DNA of 64,000 nucleotides, taken from a plasmid. Made by a program: the position numbers and the translations under genes. Shown here in pieces: positions 40,500-49,555 of the stretch (within the stretch, counting starts at the first letter, position 1; each line of letters starts with the position of its first letter). The stretch lies in assembly GCF_055900595.2 (NCBI RefSeq), contig NZ_JBVWEU010000003.1, one strand, 5' to 3'. The notes below the pieces were generated by a model. It saw nothing but the letters and a program-made list of their open reading frames with translations, was not told the origin of the DNA and ran no database searches.

Positions 40500-41604
40500 T
40501 GTGATTATCCTCGGTATCTGTGGCTTTCAGGAACAGGCTGACGGTAGTGGCGTCTTTCAGGATGCCGGACGGCAGGTGCCAGCCGGTATCGGATAACACC
40601 CATGGGGTACCGCCAAAACCGAACTGGCGGAAAGCCTGGTTATTGACATCGATGGCAGCACGAGCAGCGGTCAGACACTTTTCATCCGGTGCAGCCGGTG
40701 CATCGACGGTGGGTGCCATACCACCGTCTGCGGAATACAGCTGATGCCATCCGGTCGCCCGTTTTTGTGCGTCCGGTTCACACAGCAGTGGCGCAGTCCG
40801 GTTTGTGCTGGCCTCTCCGCCGATTACGGAGACCGGATAAATCACCACGCTGAATTCCCGGGCCAGTTGCTTAAGCGCGGGCTCCAGAAGACGGCAGTTG
40901 ATGCATGCGGGGTCAAGGAAGGCGTAGAGTGTGCGTTCATGACCAGTGGAGAGATTAATGGTGAACATACCCCGGTCCGCGTTGCGTTTAAGTACTGTGG
41001 ACAGATTACGGCGGGCCTCAGCGGCCTGAACGTGTTGTTCTTCCGTCACTGCCGTCGGGGCGGGGGCAGAAGAAGGTTCCTGCTGTGTGGGAGCCGGGCG
41101 GGCCGGGATGCTGTTAACATGATGTTCCGTATGTGGGCGTGGTGTCTCTGTGTCGGTTACTGGTTCAGCTCTCCATTCCTGAGATGTAGGGTAAGCCAGC
41201 GTGGAAGGGGGCTCTGCCTTCATCCAGTGGTAACCTGCAACTGTCGCCGGCAGAGCAATTCCGGCGATAAAGCCACACATCAGTGTCCGCCAGAAGCCAT
41301 ATTTCCGGGAGGGATGTTTTCCTTTTCCGGCATATTCGGCATCCAGGCAGGCATCAATCGCTGAGAGCATTCTGCCGATGTGATGTCCGGGACGTTCTGC
41401 ATCAACGGTATCAACAAGCACCGTTTCGGTTATTTCGCGAAAAGGGGAACTGAAGGACAGGTGCATCAGCCTGTTATTACGGTTAATCAGTGCGCCCAGT
41501 TCTGTTACCGGCAGGATGGCAATCACCTCCCGATTACCGTCAGGGTACAGGGCGGTCAGGGACAGGTGTTTATTATTCAGTGTTGCAGTGTAGTGGATGG
41601 TCAT
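40480..41604 (-). CDS. trbB: TrbB-like thiol-disulfide isomerase (DsbC-like)
   Basis: 374 aa with a thioredoxin-type CxxC (DPACINC) in the C-terminal half. Confidence 0.7.
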   Translation of the reverse strand: MTIHYTATLNNKHLSLTALYPDGNREVIAILPVTELGALINRNNRLMHLSFSSPFREITETVLVDTVDAERPGHHIGRMLSAIDACLDAEYAGKGKHPSRKYGFWRTLMCGFIAGIALPATVAGYHWMKAEPPSTLAYPTSQEWRAEPVTDTETPRPHTEHHVNSIPARPAPTQQEPSSAPAPTAVTEEQHVQAAEARRNLSTVLKRNADRGMFTINLSTGHERTLYAFLDPACINCRLLEPALKQLAREFSVVIYPVSVIGGEASTNRTAPLLCEPDAQKRATGWHQLYSADGGMAPTVDAPAAPDEKCLTAARAAIDVNNQAFRQFGFGGTPWVLSDTGWHLPSGILKDATTVSLFLKATDTEDNHNEPASR

Positions 41605-42962
41605 TGTTCTTTTTCCTTGTCGGCGGGATCCTGTTTTTCGGTGGTTTCGGTGGTTTCGGTGGTTTCGGTGGTTTCGGTGGTTTCGGTGGTTTCGGTGGTT
41701 TCGGTGGTTTCGGTGGTTTCGGTGGTTTCGGTGGTTTCGGTGGTTTCACCAGTGTCAGTGTCTTCGTCGTTATCATGGCGGCGGGGTATCACGTCATCCG
41801 TGAGTGACCAGCGGGTCCTGATCTGACGTTTACGATCGCGATCTGGCTGAGGTTCGTCCCATATCAGGCCCAGCCCCAGCATGTCCCGTCGAAGCCCTTC
41901 AATGGCCTCTTCCACACAGGGTTCCGGGCAGGGGAGGCCGAGACGGCTGGCTTCATTTTCTGCCCGGGCAACGGCCACCACGCCGGCCCCTTCGATGAAG
42001 CCTTTTGTGGTGTTTGCCCGGTGAAGGGCATAGAAGAGCGTCCGGTCAACGCCCTTGAGCCACAGCCAGTTCGGAGGCGTCAGGCGCAAATCATGTGCGT
42101 AAAGCCAGACCAGACCGCTGCGAACGTAACGGTGCTGCCTGAGCCACTTTTGTGCGCCTTCTGTTTTGATGACCCGGATAAAGGCGTTTCTGGCCAGTGA
42201 ATACACCGGCGTGCTGAAACGCCCCTGGTCCCGTTTACTTTTGAGCCTGCAGGAGAGATTGAGGTTGTTCATCAGGGCTACCGCTGCTTTCCGGTCACCG
42301 AGGAAGAACTGCAGGCCAAAGATGGCAAAGAGCGCTTTTTCATGTGGGGCCATGTCTTTCCAGCTGGTCAGTGGTTGCCCCAGTTGCGCCATGAAGCACT
42401 GGCGTGTGGACGCAACATCGAGCTGCATGTTGCGGATAAGGTTGTTCTGCTCCACAAAGGCTTCGGGGGTTAGTGCGACACGGCGCTCGGGACGTTTTTG
42501 TCCGTGGAAGAGTCTGTTGTTGTCTCCATCAGCCAGAACGGGGGCGATCGCCGGTGACAGAGCTGAAAAAATATGGGGCAGTGTGTGGATATTCAGTGGC
42601 CTGCGGGTAAAACGGGGCTGGGCCGGATGGTGAAACCACATCCACAGAAAGCCGAATGTCATGGGAAGCAGAATCAACCAGAGGATCCCCACTGTCCGGG
42701 ACATAACATCCAGCCACTGGCTGAAAGTGATGGTTGCCGCGTTGTTAGCAGTGATGGCCAGCAGGTTGTAACGGGGGGCGGCAAAGTTGTGAAAGGGCCC
42801 CCAGTCAATCATGCCCCACAGTGTGTGCAGGATCAGGCAGGAGGCGAAGACGATTTCAGGTAAAAAGCGCCAGATGATAATCGCAAAGAGCAGGCATATG
42901 GCACCGACGATATACCATATAGCCATTGGATCTTCGGCGGCAGACGTCTGTTGGTAAGACAC
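41601..42962 (-). CDS. trbA: TrbA-like membrane protein with C-terminal (ETT)n repeat
   Basis: 453 aa; multiple transmembrane helices; the C-terminus is encoded by tandem 9-bp repeats. Confidence 0.7.
   Translation of the reverse strand: MSYQQTSAAEDPMAIWYIVGAICLLFAIIIWRFLPEIVFASCLILHTLWGMIDWGPFHNFAAPRYNLLAITANNAATITFSQWLDVMSRTVGILWLILLPMTFGFLWMWFHHPAQPRFTRRPLNIHTLPHIFSALSPAIAPVLADGDNNRLFHGQKRPERRVALTPEAFVEQNNLIRNMQLDVASTRQCFMAQLGQPLTSWKDMAPHEKALFAIFGLQFFLGDRKAAVALMNNLNLSCRLKSKRDQGRFSTPVYSLARNAFIRVIKTEGAQKWLRQHRYVRSGLVWLYAHDLRLTPPNWLWLKGVDRTLFYALHRANTTKGFIEGAGVVAVARAENEASRLGLPCPEPCVEEAIEGLRRDMLGLGLIWDEPQPDRDRKRQIRTRWSLTDDVIPRRHDNDEDTDTGETTETTETTETTETTETTETTETTETTETTETTETTEKQDPADKEKEQ
41637..41755. 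repeat. Tandem 9-bp repeat GGTGGTTTC, about 13 copies (in-frame, encodes Glu-Thr-Thr repeats at the TrbA C-terminus)
   Basis: Direct read of the sequence; on the coding strand GAA-ACC-ACC. Confidence 0.9.
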
Positions 42963-43104
42963 GGGGATTCCTCCATAGATGAATGGATAAATTTCGGGAT
43001 TAAGTCGGGTGGCATGAATGCGAATCAGCGCCGGTAATAACCGGACAGGAATGAGTTCAACAGGACATTTTCACAGAGAAGAGCGTGGGAGACAGGTACA
43101 AAAA

Positions 43105-43135
43105 AACCGACTGGTGAGGTCGGTTTTTTTGCTAT
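43105..43135. terminator. Bidirectional terminator-like hairpin (A-run / CCGACC…GGTCGG / T-run)
   Basis: Symmetric stem flanked by A7 and T7 runs, downstream of trbA start region. Confidence 0.4.
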
Positions 43136-43292
43136 TCCGGGGCGGAGTTGGTGACTCTGACCGAAAGGGAAATCACTCTACATCTAACACCATCATAGTA
43201 GGCTGCGCTTCTCTTTTTTGCAATCAGAAAAATGACTATAATCGCTCCGTTAGCTCTGTCTGGTGATGCTTCTGCCCTTTAATAAAATATGC

Positions 43293-43469
43293 TCAGGTTA
43301 AAAATCGAAAACCTTCCTGCACTTCCTGTGCCTGTTCCCGTGAGTCAAACATGAGCCGGCTTTTACCCGGAACTCCCCAGGAAATATATTCTACATCCAC
43401 CCACCATTTTCCGTATTCTTCATATGGTCCGGATATCACTTTAGTGACAAATGCATCAACCAGGTTCAT
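43293..43469 (-). CDS. Hypothetical 58-aa protein between nuc and trbA
   Basis: ORF I translated myself (MNLVDAFVTKVISGPYEEYGKWWVD…), below the track's 60-aa cutoff. Confidence 0.25.
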   Translation of the reverse strand: MNLVDAFVTKVISGPYEEYGKWWVDVEYISWGVPGKSRLMFDSREQAQEVQEGFRFLT

Positions 43470-43619
43470 TTTTACACCTTTCTGTTATTCTGCTTATTAC
43501 GACCAGCAGACAGCAAATATTAAAAATAACGCGGCGGTAAAAATGGCAATTTTTTCCCATACTGTATTTTTTCCATTTATTTGCTTTGAAATGTTTTTTT
43601 GCTTCATATCAGTAAATGA

Positions 43620-44111
43620 TTATTTTTTATTCTGTTTCCTCCAGGCCCATGGTGGCACCGGATTTTCATCTGCCCATAATCCCCGTTTAAGGGCACGGGC
43701 ATCGCGCTGGAGAGCCGGGAGAGTATAGTCCTTGTTGTAGTCCGGGTATACCCAGGCCGCTCCCTTCCTGATTTGCTCACGATTCGCTTCAGTGCCGTCA
43801 GCGGTATAGACTCTGCCGAGAATACGGTTATATCTGTCGGTCTGTAAGTATTGTACGGTTACAGGCTTTCCGGCCACCAGGTCCTTCAGCTGAGTGGCTG
43901 ACCAGCGTCCAAAGGGCTGTTTCTTTTCCGGTGCATCAATATTTGCCAGGCGGACCCTGACAGTTTTTTTATCCTGTAATATTTCCAGTGTATCACCATC
44001 AAGAACGCGGATAACGTTTCCCTGAATCTGTGCAGCGCAGAGGGAACCTGAAAAAATAATAGCGAGAGAGAACATATATTTTATCATTTTATTACATCCT
44101 TTTTTATTCAT
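43620..44111 (-). CDS. nuc: Secreted thermonuclease-family endonuclease
   Basis: Signal peptide then staphylococcal-nuclease-like motifs (RVLDGDTLE…RLANIDAPE…GLWAD). Confidence 0.8.
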   Translation of the reverse strand: MNKKGCNKMIKYMFSLAIIFSGSLCAAQIQGNVIRVLDGDTLEILQDKKTVRVRLANIDAPEKKQPFGRWSATQLKDLVAGKPVTVQYLQTDRYNRILGRVYTADGTEANREQIRKGAAWVYPDYNKDYTLPALQRDARALKRGLWADENPVPPWAWRKQNKK

Positions 44112-44208
44112 GAAAAACAGGCGGCGTTTATATTACGGAATAATATCGTTAAGTTGAGTTTATGTTTCCGGTAATGTAATGCTTCACGCAGAGGGTAATG
44201 ACTCCAAC

Positions 44209-44712
44209 TTACTGATAGTGTTTTATGTTCAGATAATGCCCGATGACCTTGTCATGCAGCTCCACCGATTTTGAGAACGACAGTGACTTCCGTCCCAGCC
44301 TTGCCAGATGTTGTCTCAGATTCAGGTTATGTCGCTCAATGCGCTGAGTGTAACGCTTGCTGATAACGTGCAGCTTTCCCTTCAGGCGTGATTCATACAG
44401 CGGCCAGCCATCCGTCATCTATACCACGACCTCAAAGGCCGACAGCAGGCTCAGAAGACGCTCCAGTGTGGCCAGAGTGCGTTCACCGAAGACGTGCGCC
44501 ACAACCGTCCTCCGTATCCTGTCATACGCGTAAAACAGCCAGCGCTGACGTGATTTAGCACCGACGTAGCCCCACTGTTCGTCCATTTCAGCGCAGACAA
44601 TCACATCACTGCCCGGTTGTATGCGCGAGGTTACCGACTGCGGCCTGAGTTTTTTAAGTGACGTAAAACCGTGTTGAGGCCAACGTCCATAATGCGTGCA
44701 CTGGCGCGACAT
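44209..44712 (-). pseudogene. insB: IS1 insB' split by an in-frame TAG where canonical IS1 has TGG (…FEVVV*MTDGW…)
   Basis: Two consecutive same-frame ORFs (97 + 69 aa) separated by a stop at the position of the conserved Trp codon. Confidence 0.7.
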
Positions 44713-44906
44713 CCGACGCCATTCATGGCCATATCAATGATTTTCTGGTGCTTACCGGGCTGAGAGGCGGTGTAAGTGAACTGTAGTTGCCATGTTTTAC
44801 GGCAATGAGAGCAGAGATAGCGCTGATGTCCGGCAGTGCTTTTGCCGTTACGCACCACGCCTTCAGTAGCGGAGCAGGAAGGACATCTGATGGAAATGGA
44901 AGCCAC
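44631..44906 (-). CDS. insA: IS1 InsA
   Basis: [43 protein letters not shown]… is the IS1 InsA sequence. Confidence 0.9.
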   Translation of the reverse strand: MASISIRCPSCSATEGVVRNGKSTAGHQRYLCSHCRKTWQLQFTYTASQPGKHQKIIDMAMNGVGCRASARIMDVGLNTVLRHLKNSGRSR

Positions 44907-44967
44907 GCAAGCACCTTAAAATCACCATCATACACTAAATCAGTAAGTTGGCAGCATTACCTTTCAT

Positions 44968-47133
44968 TTATTGTTTTATTCCGTCTTTATCATCTCCATT
45001 AATATTTTTCAGTTTTTCTTCACGAACGCCAGGTGTTCTGCGCATATTGGTATTACCTCCGGCAATAATATCTTTGACTGAAGAAACCATATTCCCCAGC
45101 ATATTAACGCCGTCACGTCCGCCCAGAAAATTAATTACATGGTCAGGCAGATAAGCCTGAAGTGCAAAAACGGCGGCAACCAGCGTGGTACAGACGCGGG
45201 CATAAATCATCAAAAATCCTGCCATGCTGAACACGCCCGTCACAGAATTTATCTGGACATTCATCAGCGCGGCGGCAAACAGCGCATTCAGGATTGTGCC
45301 GCCGGCCACGATGGCGACCGATGCAAAAAAGAACCCGAATACCATCAGCAGCGGTCTGATCATGCTGTCTATCAGGTAGATGTAACCGTAAGCGGCCCGG
45401 CTTCCCCGGTCCTGGCTTGTTCCCAGATGGGTGGCCGCCCAGAGGGGGCCAGCAGCACATCCAATCAGTACGCTAACTATCCAGTTACCAATGCCGGTCA
45501 TCCAGAAGATAAACGGAATAAACGGCAGGTAAATGGATAACGAAAAGCCGGCACAGAACAGCAAAAACAGCAGGAAGTAGAGCGGTGGAGCGGCTGCTTC
45601 CAGAAAAGCCTTTGCGGCGTCAGATAATCCGCTGACGGCATTGACCAGTCGACCAAAAACGGAGTTGCTGCCGGCCGTGGAAAGTACCCTGACGGTGGTA
45701 TAACCCGCCCAGATGGTTTCGGTTGTAACCATGGTGTAATCGCCAATGTTTTTCATTTTTATCAACGGATTTAGTTGATTAGTTGTGGTACCTGTACCGC
45801 TCAGATAAGTGGCTGTCCAGTTAGTCATTCTTGTTAGGTTAAACCCAATCAATTTTAAGATTGCTGATTGAGGGTCTTGAGTTTTAGATGCGTGGTATTC
45901 ACTGGCAGAGGTGGCGGTTCCCAGTGCAGGAGTATACGCTGAGTTCTGCAACTGTGCCTGGTAAGCTCCTCTGACTTCCTTCAGGAACTCCGTATCCCCG
46001 GCTTCGCCCAGTGACGAGACGCCACTCACAGTAGGAGCGCGGTTGGCCAGGTCTTCCAGTCGCTGGTTGGCGGTGGCAAAGGTCTGGTACCAGGCACCCA
46101 GGGCAACCCAGCCGTAGGTGGTCAGGTAGGATTTCAACTGCTCCCTGCGCTCAGTTTCTGCGTTATCTGCCGGCAACGCCTTCTGCACCGTTTCTTCATA
46201 CCGGTTGGCTGCCTTCTGAATACGGCTTTCAATATCCGGCAGGTTGCCGTTACCCGTGTCGCGTCGGGTCCGGTACGCTGACACAAATTCCTGTGCTGCG
46301 CTGTCCAGGTCACGGAGCATGGTATCCATGGCGGAGCGTTGTGCCGTCAGGACTCCCTGATACTCCGTTTCAATGAAGGGATTGAAAAAATGGGCCAGCG
46401 CGGACTGGTTGTTGCTGCCATTCCCTTTCACGGTGAGACTCACACTCCCGCAGGTGGCACTGCCATTTGAAACGGTGACGGTATACCTGCCGTTCTCTGT
46501 CCGTGAGGATTCGCTCATGGGCGGCGTTGATGAACGTGCGGTACGGTTAAAGTCATCGAGGCCCGTATTCATGGCGTGTTTGCACAGCGCCATCTCCAGA
46601 ATTCCCCGTGCTGCCGTGCGGGTGGAGACATGTACTGGCTGTACGGTCATTGAATAGCCTTCAGCGATGTTTTCTGCAGCAGTCTGAACCATGATATTGG
46701 CGGAACCGATGCCCATGATGGATGCGCCCCAGAGCATGACCAGTTGTGCCAGGCTCCAGCCGGAAGCGGTGGGCACAATCATCATAAAACCGCTCACAAT
46801 ACTGAGCATTCCGACGACGTCCCGTCCGTTGTTAAAGACATTGCCCTGGTGGCCGGTGCGGACAGCATGGCGGATTCCAATAAACAGGAACCAGACTATC
46901 CCCATAATGGCGATAATTGCGTTAAACACCATGAACAGGTTGCCGATAATGGTGTTGCTGCTGGCTGTCAGGGGATTTGTGACCACATCACCAAAAATGG
47001 TGACCAGTGCCTGGCGCGACAGGTCATCCGGATTGGTGGCGGCGCTCACAATGTCCTGATAGGTGACGAATGCCTGTGCAGGTACGGCAGCCAGCGCCAG
47101 ACCCGCACTCAGTGCTCTGGGTATGATTTTCAC
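44968..47133 (-). CDS. traY: TraY-like polytopic inner-membrane transfer protein
   Basis: 721 aa with many transmembrane segments; position before traX/W/U matches the I-type tra order. Confidence 0.65.
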   Translation of the reverse strand: MKIIPRALSAGLALAAVPAQAFVTYQDIVSAATNPDDLSRQALVTIFGDVVTNPLTASSNTIIGNLFMVFNAIIAIMGIVWFLFIGIRHAVRTGHQGNVFNNGRDVVGMLSIVSGFMMIVPTASGWSLAQLVMLWGASIMGIGSANIMVQTAAENIAEGYSMTVQPVHVSTRTAARGILEMALCKHAMNTGLDDFNRTARSSTPPMSESSRTENGRYTVTVSNGSATCGSVSLTVKGNGSNNQSALAHFFNPFIETEYQGVLTAQRSAMDTMLRDLDSAAQEFVSAYRTRRDTGNGNLPDIESRIQKAANRYEETVQKALPADNAETERREQLKSYLTTYGWVALGAWYQTFATANQRLEDLANRAPTVSGVSSLGEAGDTEFLKEVRGAYQAQLQNSAYTPALGTATSASEYHASKTQDPQSAILKLIGFNLTRMTNWTATYLSGTGTTTNQLNPLIKMKNIGDYTMVTTETIWAGYTTVRVLSTAGSNSVFGRLVNAVSGLSDAAKAFLEAAAPPLYFLLFLLFCAGFSLSIYLPFIPFIFWMTGIGNWIVSVLIGCAAGPLWAATHLGTSQDRGSRAAYGYIYLIDSMIRPLLMVFGFFFASVAIVAGGTILNALFAAALMNVQINSVTGVFSMAGFLMIYARVCTTLVAAVFALQAYLPDHVINFLGGRDGVNMLGNMVSSVKDIIAGGNTNMRRTPGVREEKLKNINGDDKDGIKQ

Positions 47134-47205
47134 GATAACTCCGGAACCGAAGGGATGCAGGGCATCAGCCTCCGGAATGAGGAAAAGGAATTGCAGACCG
47201 GACGG

Positions 47206-47775
47206 TCAGTACTGCCGGTGGGTAATGGCCAGCCATGTGGCCTGTTTCCAGCCGTGCCGGGCCTGCAGGTAATCGGGGAAGGTGCCCTGTTCGTCCTCGC
47301 TGACCCGCCGTTCATTCAGTTGCCAGAGGCGGTATGACACAATCAGGGTTTTTGAGGCACACAGTGCTGCAATGGCACTCATCAGTAACAGGCAGGCCAG
47401 TATACGTATCAGGGTGATGGCCGGCAGCGCTGTGGCAGCAAGGGCCATGCCGCACAGCAGAAGTACCGGTATCATCATCAGCCAGAATCCTGTCCGCCAG
47501 AACATCCTGCGACGTCGCAGACGCCGATCCAGTTCGTTGACCGTAAGGCCGCTGGCCCTGACGGCTTCTTCCCAGGTCATACAGACCGGAATCTCCGGTT
47601 GCCGGTCGGGCATGAGGCGCTTCAGGCGCGTTTTATGCTGGCCCAGCATATGGCGGCAGCTGCGCAGCATCCACCGGGTTTCGGCCAGTGGTGCGAACAG
47701 GTTTATCCCGATGTCACCGATGCGGCGGAGACGGGGGGCCGGTTTTTTTTTGTCGGTGCTGTTGTCGTCTTTCAT
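47206..47775 (-). CDS. traX: TraX-like transfer protein
   Basis: 189 aa with two central transmembrane helices; assigned by position and size. Confidence 0.5.
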   Translation of the reverse strand: MKDDNSTDKKKPAPRLRRIGDIGINLFAPLAETRWMLRSCRHMLGQHKTRLKRLMPDRQPEIPVCMTWEEAVRASGLTVNELDRRLRRRRMFWRTGFWLMMIPVLLLCGMALAATALPAITLIRILACLLLMSAIAALCASKTLIVSYRLWQLNERRVSEDEQGTFPDYLQARHGWKQATWLAITHRQY

Positions 47776-48977
47776 CTTACGCTCCCCTGGCTCATGGCCT
47801 GTGACAGTTCACCGAGACGCTGTCCGTAATACTGTCGTGCCGCCAGTGCCAGCTGCTGCCCGGCGATAACATTACCCTGGCGTATCTGCTCTTTCAGGTC
47901 GTTCATCTGCCAGTTCAGCAGGGCGGTAGTGCGCAGCAGTTCACGGAGAAGGTTATCGCCTTCCATGCCCTGCAGATCCTGCTGCCAGTCGGTGTTTGCA
48001 TAGCGTCTGCCGGCTTCAAAGGCCTCAAACTCCCGCTGGCTCATGTGACCACGGGTGCGGGCCTCTGATGATGCGGTCCGGTCAAAATATGCCGCAGCGG
48101 ATGGTGACTGCAGGGCTTCAGTCAGTGCTCCACGGGTGGCCTCATTAGGGGTACTGTCAGCTATCAGTGACAGTTGCGGATGAGAGGCGGCATCGATGAT
48201 GCCGTTGTATTCATTCTGCAGGCCCACATACGTGCGCCCGGTCTGTGTTCCCACTTCACCTTTCCCCGGGGCACGACCCGCTGACGGTCTGGCGGTGTTT
48301 TTCATGTAAGCCGTGGCAGCATCAATCTGTTTCTGATCCCAGGTGAGGGCGGCAGGGGTATCTGCTGTGCCTGCACCCTGATAGAGCGATCGCACCTGGC
48401 TGTCTCCGCCCGGCAGCTCGCCCACGGCAGGGCAGACATCGGTTCCGCCAAAGCGGGCATATTCAGCTTCCGTGCAGTAACCGGCATGAATGCCTGCACT
48501 GTCATATGCCTCGCGGGTTGGTGAGTCTGCTGCCCGGGAGAGACGTTCACGGATGGGTTTACTGCTGACGCCTCCTCCCTGACTCAGACGTGCAGCCGCA
48601 GACGCTGCTGCACGGCGACTTTCAGCTGCAACTCCGGAGGCGGATTCACTGCAGATGGAGTCCGGCACGCTGAAGCTCTTCCGGGCTTCCTCAAGCCGGC
48701 GGGTTTCATTACTGAATATCATCTGCTGACGGGTGGCCTGCCCATCCTGTGCGATGACAGAGGCCAGCTTCTCTGAACTCTGGTTGATGGCTGTGCCGGT
48801 GGCTGTCTGCATACGGACCATCTCTGCCATCACGCCCTGAATAGCGGCCAGCTCCGGCATGATTTGTGTGGTGACAGGCTGGCTGGCCACTACGGTCACA
48901 GAGTAGGCATGGGTGGCAGGAATAACCGCACAGCCTATCAGGAGTGCAAGCAGTGTGGTTGCAGATTGTCTTTGCAT
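47772..48977 (-). CDS. traW: TraW-like lipoprotein
   Basis: Start taken at MQRQSATTLLALLIGCAVIPATHA (signal/lipobox-like); about 400 aa. Confidence 0.55.
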   Translation of the reverse strand: MQRQSATTLLALLIGCAVIPATHAYSVTVVASQPVTTQIMPELAAIQGVMAEMVRMQTATGTAINQSSEKLASVIAQDGQATRQQMIFSNETRRLEEARKSFSVPDSICSESASGVAAESRRAAASAAARLSQGGGVSSKPIRERLSRAADSPTREAYDSAGIHAGYCTEAEYARFGGTDVCPAVGELPGGDSQVRSLYQGAGTADTPAALTWDQKQIDAATAYMKNTARPSAGRAPGKGEVGTQTGRTYVGLQNEYNGIIDAASHPQLSLIADSTPNEATRGALTEALQSPSAAAYFDRTASSEARTRGHMSQREFEAFEAGRRYANTDWQQDLQGMEGDNLLRELLRTTALLNWQMNDLKEQIRQGNVIAGQQLALAARQYYGQRLGELSQAMSQGSVR

Positions 48978-49555
48978 TCTTTTTTCTCCGTTTTCGGGGG
49001 ATACAGGATGTCTGGTACGCGATGACTGAGTGATTCCGGCAGCGGAGCCAGCGGGAAACACTGGAAGCGGCGCGTGATCCATCCCTGACGGTTACGGTTA
49101 TCGATGAGCGTGAAGGTACGACGCTTCACGCGTTTCAGTGTCGGGGTGTCGCTTTCCATGACCGGCCAGTCTCCGGCTGTGAGTGCCGGTGTGCCGGGGA
49201 CATCCGGCCACAGCCAGGTGTTGTCAGACATCAGCGCAGTGAGTGGTGCGGGCAGAAGCCAGTGAATGACATGCTGTATATCAAAAGGCGGTCGCTCCGG
49301 CACGTTAACCTGCCAGGTGGCCGTTGTAATCAGCGTGCCTGTCTCTCCGGGCAGGGCCAGGCGAATACCACTCATCTCCCCGTCAGCCCGTCTGTCACTG
49401 GCAAAAATGACCCGGGGATTGGGGGACGGTCGCAGTGTGAAGCAGGCGGACGGCAGGGTGAAGCTGAAACTGTCACCGTCCACGCGCAGCGTTTTCAGGA
49501 AGACCTGTCCCCGTGCAGGACGCCGGCAGCGGGGAGTGATGTGTATGCTGTACAT
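48938..49555 (-). CDS. traV: TraV-like transfer protein
   Basis: 205-aa ORF between traU and traW; assigned by position only. Confidence 0.4.
   Translation of the reverse strand: MYSIHITPRCRRPARGQVFLKTLRVDGDSFSFTLPSACFTLRPSPNPRVIFASDRRADGEMSGIRLALPGETGTLITTATWQVNVPERPPFDIQHVIHWLLPAPLTALMSDNTWLWPDVPGTPALTAGDWPVMESDTPTLKRVKRRTFTLIDNRNRQGWITRRFQCFPLAPLPESLSHRVPDILYPPKTEKKECKDNLQPHCLHS

Larger units (their letters stand above)
44194..44961 (-). mobile_element. IS1-family insertion sequence (768 bp), no target duplication seen, insB' interrupted by a nonsense codon
   Basis: Terminal repeats GGTAATGACTCCAACTTACTGAT / GGTAATGCTGCCAACTTACTGAT; flanking 9-mers differ. Confidence 0.9.

Noticed and set aside
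41573-41826. ORFs generated by the 9-bp repeat in other frames and strands (for example the PKPPK… and FRWFRW… translations); also considered as a possible CRISPR array
   Set aside because: Same repeat read in alternative frames; the in-frame TrbA reading is the coherent one. Not CRISPR: units are 9 bp, contiguous, with no spacers.
42963-43290. Search for a hok/pnd-type killer peptide gene near trbA
   Set aside because: No ORF with the Hok-like hydrophobic N-terminus plus conserved Cys pattern was found in either strand of this interval.
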